Below the pieces are notes generated by a model, which worked only from the letters and a program-made list of their open reading frames with translations, ran no database searches and was not told where the DNA came from. DNA of 64,000 bases, taken from assembly GCA_964106915.2 (NCBI GenBank), contig OZ066920.1, one strand, 5' to 3'. Origin of the DNA: Podarcis gaigeae. Taxonomy: Eukaryota. The position numbers and the translations under genes are program-made. Shown one piece after another: positions 26,726-36,735 of the stretch (position 1 is the first letter of the stretch; each line of letters opens with the position of its first letter).

Positions 26726-29700
26726 CTATGTTCACACACTTGGCCAAAACATTGGACAGAGAAGTCTTCCAAGGATACAGGTAGGGACAGACAAATCTGT
26801 CAATTTCAGGTTCTCCCCGTTTTTCATTTTTTCCAATGTTAAGTTCAGTTCTTCACATTTCCACATCTGTTTGCATATTTTAAAAGAAATTCACCTGGAA
26901 ATTCATCAGCATTTAGTGTGAATTTCTCTCATATGCCCACTCATGGACATTTCAGTCCACAACAAATTGATTGTCTTAACATTTAGGATTACAGTGCAGA
27001 TTTTGAAAAGATTATGGACAGGGGAATGTAGTGTTATAATAAAAACATTAGAATAACTACACACACAGCAGTGCAACACAGAAACTAAATACGGTAACAC
27101 CCTCCAAAAAAGGTATGTCTGTTGTGAAATGTTTCAGCTGAGCTCAGCTGAGCTTCTAAACAAAATTCAAGATATTTCTCAATTGCCTCCTTGTGTTTAC
27201 AGTATTAGAGACCACATAATTCCAACACCCTTCTGTTGTGGAAGGTAATACAGTAGCATATTTAGTGTATGACAAACTGCAGTTGAGATAAACATCAACT
27301 CCCTCCAATGAGAGGAAGGAAATAGGTTTATATGTTTAACTTAGATTGCTTTTAGACAACGTGTTTATTGAGTATTCATCCTGATTTGTTTGCAAAGAGA
27401 TTAGATGATGACGGCTGTTTAATGAGCATTCATTCATATTTGTTTGCGGAGAAGTTAGACAATGGGCTTGTCAACATTTGAGCATTATTTAGCTATTAAG
27501 CCACTTTACCCCCATTCGAATTAGATCAGAGTAGTCCTTACCCACAGGTACTTGAATCTGTATAAGAGGAGAAACCTCAGTCTCCCCCATTTATATCAGT
27601 GGGCATTCTCTTTTGTGCTTGTCCCCACCTTCTAATTTGTTTATTCTATTATGCCAATTTAGCACCAACAGGGCATGCAGAGAGATTGCTGCACACACAC
27701 TGTTGGGCCATAGTAAATTTGCTTGTGCAGTTTCCTGGTTTTGGGCAAATCTGAGGGATCAAACGAAAGATAGGAAATGTTACAAGCATAGCCAGAAAAT
27801 AAATCACTGAATAAGTTGTGGGCATGGAAAGGGAAATAGCAGAAAGTGACAATTGATCCCTGCACCCCAAAACACCAACAAAATTATCTGAAACTCAAAT
27901 GGAGAAATTTGGAGCCTGGTTTCCCCCAAATTGCCACCAAATTGGAGAATTCCGACTTGTCAGGCAATGCACTGAGATTTATGTTGTTTGAGGGCAACGT
28001 TGTGTGGACTACACAAATTAAATGGGGACTCAAAACAGCTGCAAGCACACAGTAAACTCTGGTGTGGACAACCCCATTGTTGCATCAAGCCAGTGTTAAC
28101 CCACACTTTCCAGTGCATTTTCTTATCACTCTCCTTGTCACAAAAAGTACATTCTTCGGGGGAAGAGGGTTTGTTAAAATCAATTTTAATTACACAACCT
28201 GAATTTGCTGGTATGTGATTGAATCCATTACATAGCAACAGTCTGGAAATGTCCACAGCCTTAAGAATAATAATTGATTTCAGGATACACATTCCTCTGT
28301 CAGAAATCATTATTTAGAAATAAGAAGTCTTCTCTCTTCTGAGTTATACATAATAACCAAAAGGAAATTGCCTTTCTTGTTTTCTTGGGGGCAAAGAACA
28401 TCTTTTTATGATGCTTCAGGTACAACTTGTTCCCTCCTAGAGTGGGAGAGCTTAGCCCCTCATAGCTTTATGATTCTTTTTCATCAATTGGAAATCTTAA
28501 AAAACAAAAATCAGTATCTTCCATTGCATAGCTAGGTTTGCAAAGCAAGCATAATAAGCATAAAACACCCCCACCCCATTCATGCCGCTGATTTCCAAGC
28601 AGCGTAAGGGAAAAACAAACACACGCTCATGGCATGGTAGGATTCTGCTACGTAAAATTGCGTTTAAATTGCTAGCTAAACACCATTGCAAGGATCAAAA
28701 GCAGCCTCAACAGTAACAGCAGCTCTGTTATTTTGAAATTTCCTTGCTTGTAAACTTCAGACAAAACCTCTTTTTGTTTATTGATCTGAACATTTTAACA
28801 GGAAACAGGAGTTCAGGCACTAAAAAGCAACTTTTTCCTCCCCCAACATAAATTTTGCCATTGTGCGGTGATTGACAACCATCCCACTGTCTATAAACAA
28901 TCCACAAACCTCCCAAATTGACCATTCAGACCCTGTGCCCAACATTTAAACACTGAGCAGTTTTGCGCTCAATAAAATTCCTTCTCATTTCACCCTGGGT
29001 TGCCATGTCTCTTCAAACACAGACAGAAAAGCAGTGCTCTGTGTCCGACAGATTTTAATTTTCAGTCCTCATCCGTTCGTACAATGTAGACACAGTCAAA
29101 CAAACCCTACCCACAGCCTAGCAACGTGTGGTTTAAACAGTCTATGTGTATGAGCTGCGGGGATGAAGGCCTGGACCTGTTCACACATGAATAAAGAAGA
29201 TTAAGATTTCCTTTCAAAGACGTGAAGCTTTTTGACAGCCAGTGTCAACAGTGCTGTCTGCCTCTCAATGTGAAACAGTCTTCTATCACAGGTTCCCACA
29301 GGGAGGTCCTGCTTATTAGCATGCTTTACACTTCCATTCCTTGTCAGTGTTTAATTTAAGAATAAGGGTGCAAAGTTTTGCAAACTCTTACTTACCCACA
29401 AAGAAAGGATAACTTACTAGAAACACTGAAAGGAAATATCAGCTAATACGAACACCTACTGAGTGTATTCTTAGTGGAGGATAATATGAGGGTAGAGAAA
29501 GAGGCAGGAGAATGATGGATACAGCAGTGGTTTCTATTATCTAAACTACACACCCAACTTTAATGATTAAAGCAAATCTTTTCCTGCAGGGCTGGCTCTG
29601 TGAAGCAACAGTGATACAGGCAACCAGATCCTAAACGCAATTGTCTGTGTTTATTAAATGTGGTCAGCACTGCAGACAAGACTGTATATCTTAGTGCATA

Positions 29701-30773
29701 TACTGCTGTGGCACAGCTAGTCCATGACATATACTAACAAAGAAACGGACAGGGTTCAACCCCCCTGCCCTCCTCCTCCTCCCATGCAAAGGCACAAGAC
29801 GCTGCCATGTATACTTAGGAAAATATTCCTTAGTGCTATCAGCCCCTTGTACCACATGGGGTGCGGTTCTGAAGTTTTCTGGACTGGGGAACTTTCAGAG
29901 GTCGCAAATGACTGCTACTTGAATGAAAGGAGGACCCAAGGAAAGCCCCAAGAATGAGTGGAATATATGACTTATTACAAAACAGAGAAAAAACAGATGG
30001 GGAAGTTGCTGTGCAAGTAAAAAGTTGACTAGACTGTTCAAACTAGACTGGCAACCTACAGGTTAACATCAGAAGGTGGTAGGGAAAGAAGAATCCTAAT
30101 ACCAAATATGGGGAGGGGAATGCAATATACGCTGAACAGACATGTGTGGGGCTAAGTTAGGTTACAGAGATTAGAAAAATAAGCAGCGCTGGCAAGGAGC
30201 GGCGTGGCCAACTTGCCTGAGGATTAGGGAAACTGAAAGCTTGAAGCAGAGAACAGAAGAGAAGAAAAGAAACAGAGCACAGATGTTCCTTCTCCTAAAT
30301 CTGAGGCAGGAAAGGGAACTTATTTTCAAGGGAAGAGGCTTGTAGGTTGTCTTGAGGTGCCAGGCCTCCAGGGTGATGATCTGTAATGGGAACTGGGGTG
30401 GGGGGTAGTGGAGCCCTACAGGTCCTCTGAACCCTCAAGTCAGAGTTGGGCAACCTGTAGACCTCCACATGTTGTTGGGCTCCGGCTTTCATCATCCCCA
30501 GCCACCCCTGCCTTAAGCAGCAGGAGAGTTCCTGAGATAGAGACTTGAAGGGGAGGTTGATGAGCCTTTGTCATCCCTTAAGTCACTTAATAAGCCATGT
30601 ACACAACTGCATAAACTGAAAGGAGGAAGGGAACACTGGGCGTGATAAAATAGGAAGGGGGAGCCAACCTGATTAGAGATGAGGCAGTTTGGAGTGGCGC
30701 GGTCAAGGTAAGTAGGGAATCCACAAGAATTTAACACTGAGGTTTTGGAAAGATAATCTTTGAATTTGGTCAC

Positions 30774-31138
30774 TGTTATATACTGAGTTGAATAGGATCC
30801 AAAATGCAGCAGTCTGATCGGTCCTAGAACAACAGGATCCAAAATGCAGCAGTCTGGTTGGTCCTAGAACAATAGGATTCAGAATGCAGCAATCTGGTTG
30901 GTCCTCAAACAATGCAGTAGTATGATTGGTCTGCAGGAGCCACCCAATCCAGCTCCAGATGGAAGTGAATCCACAACCTGATTGGCCTACAGGATAATTC
31001 CGGAATCAGCCAATCACGTGCAGCCCATTGTGTAAATAATGTATATAAAGTAGATACTTTGGGGGAACATTCATTCCTCCTCCCACTCTGAGCTGAATAA
31101 ACAGCATGAAATCCACTCTCGACTCCGAGTATATTTCA
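30774..31138 (+). mobile_element. Solo LTR (365 bp) with 5-bp TSD
   Basis: TG...CA ends (tgttatatact / agtatatttca). TSD gtcac at 30769-30773 and 31139-31143. TATA at ~31043 and AATAAA at 31096. Confidence 0.92.
30791..30930 (+). repeat. 40-bp tandem repeat (3 copies plus a partial) in LTR U3
   Basis: aataggatccaaaatgcagcagtctgatcggtcctagaac at 30791, with variants at 30831 and 30871. Confidence 0.95.
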
Positions 31139-31696
31139 GTCACCTAGGCAAGTTGTTTAGCTACAACGAAGGGGGAGAAAGGTTCTGAATTTGGGGGCGG
31201 GGTCTAAACTTGTGTGCCAGAAAATTGAGGTTTCTTGCCATACATTATGAGATAAGTGCAAAGGGATGTGGTGTGCAGATCTCTATTGGAGGTTTCTAAG
31301 CTTGTTATGCCCAGCAGTGTTTATGTGTCTGCTGGTCACATAGGAATGCCCTTTCTTTCCTTAGGGCTCTATGTGGATTAAACAAGGACGTGCCAGGGAT
31401 GACTTAATTATGTTAGATGTCAGGTAGAAAGATAAGGGTACTAGCACATTATGGACCTTTCACACTGGCTTCCATAGCCAATGAGAATCCCTCAATGATC
31501 AATTAAGGTCAGCAAATACAAAACCAGATCTTGGTCCTACGCGCCCAAACTTTTGCTTTGCACCCTTTCCCAGGGAACGCGGACATTTATGGAGTCAAGA
31601 TTCTAACGGTTGTACAGATACCATTACCTTTGCTACCAAGAATTCAGAACCAACCCATTTCATCTGGAATTTGGGTTTAGGTCTTAGAAGCTAGGT

Positions 31697-31995
31697 CATG
31701 GGTCAGCAAACTTTTTCAGCAGGGTCCACTGTCCCTCAGACCATGTGGGGGGCCGGACTATATTTTGAAGGGAAAAAATGAACAAATTTATGCCCCACAA
31801 ATAACCCAGAGAAAGCACACATTCTACTCATGTAAAAACACCAGGCAGACCCCACAAATAACCTAGATGTGTTTTAAATAAAAAGGACACATTCTACTCG
31901 TGTAAAAACACGCTGATTCCCGGACCATCCACGGGCCGGATTGAGAAGGCTATTGGGCCGGATCCAGCCCCCGGGCCTTAGTTTGCCTACTCATG
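31697..31995. mobile_element. Non-autonomous hAT (Charlie/OC1-like)
   Basis: TIRs catgggtcagcaaact / agtttgcctactcatg. TSD agctaggt / ggctaggt (7/8). gggccgg subterminal motifs and an internal ~50-60 bp duplication (31793-31910). Confidence 0.88.
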
Positions 31996-33293
31996 GGCTA
32001 GGTAGAAGATACAATGCCTTGGCAGGGTTGAGCACCGCCATCACCCTTTTAAGGAATGAAGGATAGAATTCATCCTATCATGAGGACGGGACAATCTGCC
32101 ATTGGTATCCCTCATGCATCATCAATAAATACTTTTATTTCCAGTTTTCAAGAAAGCTTCAATAGTTCAGCTTGAAGTTGTTTTTGTTCCCTTGTTGCAA
32201 AAGCTGCCTGCTAACAGAATATTCACTAAACAGGACGAAGGAAAAATTTGAATTATCTATGCTTGCTAGAAGCAAACAAGATAAGGAAGGCTAATTAGGA
32301 TTACATGGCTCAAAACAGAGAGCTTCAAAGAAATTTAAGTGGAGCTAAATGCTGTTGTCTTAGAAATAAAATACCTCAGGGATATGTAATAGATAACTGC
32401 CTAACTGAACACAATGAATTGTACAATAGGTGATTTCATAATCTGAGTAGGTTCATTGACTGAAATCAATGAAGTAACATTGAAGTTTAAAGCTGAAATC
32501 CTAAAAGCAAGTTTCACAGGTCTCAACAGACATTTCTTCTGACTAAAAGTATACAGGATTGCACTGTAAAATGTAGTGATTAAATTCATGAAAAGAGAAG
32601 ATTCTGGTTTGTTTTCTGTTCTTCAAATTAAAAGATTAGATTTTTGCAAAATTAGGATACGATGAGTCAATATTTATTTCTGTCAAACAAATATGTGATT
32701 GTGCACACTAGAGTTATAATTTATAACATATTTGGTTAAGGTCACAAAGATTCATATTTGCTTAGCAGAAATAAATGTCATCTCGAGTTTTAATCTCCTA
32801 ATGTTAAATTTGTCTAGACATCCAGAGAGAAAAAAGTGAGTAAGTCAGAGCAAAGAGAGAAATAAATAGAGAGGATGTACAAATACAACAGACATATCTG
32901 GATTTTATTCTCTACAGTGTTATTTATAGGTATTCATTTCAGGCAGAACATTACATTCTAGCTGTGTTTGTGGCAGGCCTATAAATAAAGTGACATTTAA
33001 ATCATGAAAGCAAAGTGCAAAGAAACCTGCTACTTTATTATTATTACTATGAGGGGGTAAATGATCATGTAAATAGCAAAACATTGTCTAGAGGGAAGTA
33101 CTTTCTTAAAAATGTGTGTGATTTTTATTACTTTCCTTTTAATTGTGTTTTTCAAATCTGAAATTAAATCTGTAGCACACCCTTTTGAAGAAAAATATGA
33201 CCACACTTGTATCTTCCTGCAGTTTTGGTTTTACATGGCTACAATTGCCAAGTCCAAATCAGAGGAAAAAACCCAAAGTAATGTTTGGAAATG

Positions 33294-33388
33294 TTTGACC
33301 AAACTGAGGAGGCACTGGAACACAGGAGTGCCTGGCATGCTCTGGTCCATGGGGTCAAAAAGAGTTGGACATGACTAAACAACAACAA
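33294..33388 (+). mobile_element. BovB extreme 3' fragment
   Basis: 'tttgaccaaactgaggaggc...gtgcctggcatgctctggtccatggggtcaaaaagagttggacatgactaaacaacaac' matches the ends of the other two BovB copies. Confidence 0.9.
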
Positions 33389-33462
33389 TATTTGGAAGGC
33401 TAGAAATGTTTAACAAAAAGAAACAGGTAGAAAGTATATTTTAGGATGACTAGCACATGGTA

Positions 33463-34092
33463 ATTGCAATGTGGTGTACATGGGGCTACGGTACCTTTGA
33501 AGGTGACTCAGAAACTACAATTAATCCAGAATGTGGCTGCTAGATTGGTGACTAGGAGCAACTGCTAGGACCGTATCACTCCAGTCCTAAAAGACCTACA
33601 TTGGCTTCCAGTACGTTTCCGAGGACAATTCAATATGTTGCTGCTGACTTTTAAAGCCCTAAACAGCTTCAGCCCTGTGTACCTGAAGAAGCATCTCCAC
33701 TCCCATTGTTCAGCCTGGACACTGAGGTCCAGCTCTGAGGGCATTCTGGTGGTTCCTTCACTGCAAGAAGGGAAGTTACGTGGAACAAGACAGAGGGTCT
33801 TCTTGGTAGTGGCACCCATCTGCCCTGTGGAACACCCTCCCATCAGATGTCAAAGAGATAACCAATTATACATCCTTCCATAGACATCTGAAGCCAGCCC
33901 TGTATTGGAAATCTTTTAGTGTTAGATGTATTGTATGTTCCTGAGCCCAGCTTGGCCGGGAAGGGCAGGATACAAATAAAAAATTATTATTAATTTATTA
34001 TTATTATATTCTGTTGGAAGCCGCCCAAAGTGGCTGGGACAACTCAGATAGGTGGGTTACAAGTAATAAATTATTATTACTATTATGATTAT
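33463..34092 (+). mobile_element. L2 LINE 3' portion (ORF2 C-terminus plus tail), with a second L2 tail nested at ~33940-34008
   Basis: Translates as KLQLIQNVAARL...ITPVLKDLHWLPVRFRGQFNMLLLTFKAL...RVFLVVAP, followed by an (tta)n tail. Confidence 0.92.
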
Positions 34093-34451
34093 GATCTAGG
34101 ATCACTACAATTAAAACAACCCCAAATGATGGTCAGTTCATACAATTGCCTACCCAAAAAAGTGTAGCAGAACATATACAAGGTGTGGGCATATTATATA
34201 AGTACTCCAATTCAACAAAGTGCTCTGTGCCCTTTCAAACAGCTAATATCCCACTGACCAGCTGTCCCTCCACTCCCATTCGCTATCAGCTAACCCACAG
34301 AATTTTCAGCTGCTCGAAAGTGCTCCCCCAGTGGTTGGGTCAGAGAGAGCAACTATGTGTGCAGCAGATGTTTGAGCATGTAGTTGGCTTTTAAGTGGCG
34401 CCCTCTGTCTGTGAAGAGCTTCGAAATAAAATAAGCATCACAAATAAAATT

Positions 34452-34780
34452 GTTCTGCCCGGACACAGAGGTCCAGCGCCGAGGGCCTTCTGGCGGTTCC
34501 CTCGCTACGAGAAACCAAGTTACAGGAAACCAGGCAGAGGGCCTTCTTGGTAGTGGCACCCACCCTGTGGAACGCCCTTCCATCAGATGTCAAAGAGAAA
34601 AATAACTACCAAACTTTTAGAAGACATCTGAAGGCAGCCCTGTTTAGGGAAGCTTTTAATGTTTATTAGTTAATGGATTTTAGGTTATTGTGTTTTAGTG
34701 TATTTTAGTTGGAAGCCGCCCAGAGTGGCTGGGGAAACCCAGCCAGATGGGTGGGGTATAAATAATAAATTATTATTATT
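34452..34780 (+). mobile_element. L2 LINE 3' fragment
   Basis: RAFLVVAPTLWNALP motif and standard tail. TSD-like ataaaattgttc / ataaaatagtgc. Confidence 0.92.
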
Positions 34781-35768
34781 ATAAAATAGTGCTCCTAACT
34801 AGATCAGGCTGGACATGTAACTATAACAATGGTGTGGGAAACTGCCCCCAGTCCCCATGACTCCATTATCCCTTCATTCACAAATTATGTTGTACATGTG
34901 GGGGCTGGGAGAGGAGTCGCAGATACAGGGAAGATAGCACCTGCCGGCCTGTCCACTGCAGTGGCCTGTGTACGTTGAATAGACTTTGTGGACAGGCTCT
35001 ACATACACATAAAGCTTATCTTGCCTGTGTGCTCCATATGCACATTCCTGTGCCATGGAACATACAGTTCCCCAGACAGGCAAATATACAGCCTGCTGTG
35101 TCCTCCATAGTGGCTGGGCACAAGGTCTATTCTATGTGCATAGGTTAGAATAAGAGAAGCAGGTGCAAATTGCTCAACATGCATTCTGTAAGCATGACAT
35201 GTGGCATGAACAGGAGAGAAAACACCACTTTTTTCAGCTAAGGCCTTGTTAAATGTTAAGGTTTTCTTGAGAGAAAAGCATTTTGCCAAAGAAAATACTT
35301 TTAATGAAGCACTCAGCGTGGAAAGGTAGCAAGGCTTTAAAGGCTGAATCTTCAGAGACCTACAAGTTAGCAGAATGACTCCCATATGTAATCTCTCTGA
35401 ATTAAAAAGAAAACTGTTCTGACCGCATGAATAACTCTACTTAAATGTGAGCATCACTCAGTTCTGATGGCATAGGCAAAGCTGATCTACTTTTATCTCC
35501 TTCAGACTGTTTCAAGACTGAGATTAGGGACGGGTGGACACTGTAGTTTCCAATCCCCAAATAATCTGGATCTGCTGCTTTTGCCAGAAACGCACTGCAT
35601 ATCTGGAAATAGGTGTTTTCATTCTGTATTTTGAGGTCAACAAGTTTTTAGAGGACAGAGAAATTCTTGAGCTCCCCTGCTCACTTTTTCAACACCTGTT
35701 CATTACTTGTTTACTTAATAACCTGTTGATTTAGTGCCTTCATGAGAATGTGATCCTTAAACATCAGC

Positions 35769-36287
35769 TTCATTGCCTACAGACAGCCACCCAGTCTTAA
35801 ACAACTCCTAACCCACAATAATACTACAACCAGACCTAACACGGACACTGGCACCAGAGCCTGCAATAAACCCAGATGCCAACTTTGCTGCCACATACAC
35901 CCGGACAACACCATTACTGGCCCCAACAACATCACACATACCATCTCGGGACTATTTAATTGCTCATCGTCTAACATTGTGTATGCCATCAAATGCCAAC
36001 AGTGTCCTTCAGCTCTCTATATTGGACAAACAGGCCAGACCTTACGCCAAAGAATAAACGGACATAAATTGGACATCAGGAATCACAAGACAGAGAAACC
36101 AGTAGGAGAACACTTCAATCTCCCAGGACATTCTATACAAGATCTCAAAGTAGCTGTTTTACTACAAAGGAATTTCAGAAATAGACTGGAAAGAGAAGCT
36201 GCTGAATTACAACTTATCACCAAACTTAAAACCATGGAGAAACCTGGCCTGAACAAAGACCTTGGATTCTTATCTCATTATACATGA
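35769..36287 (+). pseudogene. Penelope ORF C-terminus: Cys-rich linker plus GIY-YIG endonuclease (open frame, truncated, no native start)
   Basis: The frame is open for 172 codons: AYRQPPSLKQLL...ACNKPRCQLC...FNCSSSNIVYAIKCQQCPSALYIGQTGQTLRQRINGH...VGEHF...REAAE...GLN. Confidence 0.93.
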
Positions 36288-36377
36288 CAAAGCCATTTTT
36301 CACCATTTCACCCCTTGCTTCTTCCTGTAAGACCTATTGCAGTCGTTAAGAGTCGTCAACAGGCTCATCCCAGCTAT

Positions 36378-36445
36378 CTGCCAATCACCCATTCCCACCA
36401 GCCTTCTGAGTAATACCACTCCCCACCTTCTCACTATATAGAAGG
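36378..36445 (+). promoter_or_regulatory. Putative pseudo-LTR Pol II promoter (CCAAT plus TATA)
   Basis: gccaatca at ~36380 and tatataga at ~36435, about 30 nt upstream of the hammerhead. Confidence 0.45.
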
Positions 36446-36466
36446 GTCTGGAAACTTCTGTTTCAG

Positions 36467-36505
36467 TGTATCTGAAGAAGTGTGCATGCACACGAAAGCT
36501 CATAC
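36467..36505 (+). ncRNA. Minimal type I hammerhead ribozyme
   Basis: GTAT (stem I), CTGAAGA core, A, stem II GTGTG-CATG-CACAC, GAAA, minimal self-complementary stem III (AGCT), C (cleavage after UC, ~36501), ATAC (stem I'). This is the known PLE-associated minimal HHR layout. Confidence 0.88.
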
Positions 36506-36643
36506 CAAGAACTGACTTAGTTGGTCTTTAAGGTGCTACTGGAAGGAATTTTTTTTGTTTTGACTATGGCAGACCAACACGGCTACCTATCTGTAACATC
36601 AGCTACCTGGTACTGATAAACATCAGCTATCCGGTACTCTACA

Positions 36644-36735
36644 AGGGACGCAGGTGGCGCTGTGGGTTAAACCACAGAGCCTAGGACTTGCCAATCACAA
36701 CTGGACCTAATGGTCAGGGGTCCCTTTACCTTTAT
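36644..36735 (+). mobile_element. Internally deleted Sauria SINE (head fused to tail) with 12-bp TSD
   Basis: The first ~52 nt match 20165-20218 and the last ~38 nt match the SINE tail. ctatccggtact flanks at 36627-36638 and 36736-36747. Confidence 0.9.

Larger units (their letters stand above)
35760..36604 (+). mobile_element. 5'-truncated Penelope-like element (Neptune type) with pseudo-LTR and 10-bp TSD
   Basis: GIY-YIG ORF followed by a pLTR carrying a hammerhead and ending 'agaccaacacggctacc'. aacatcagct flanks both sides (35760-35769 and 36595-36604). Confidence 0.93.

Noticed and set aside
30791-30930. CRISPR-like regular repeats
   Set aside because: Head-to-tail 40-bp units with no unique spacers, inside a eukaryotic LTR, with no cas genes.
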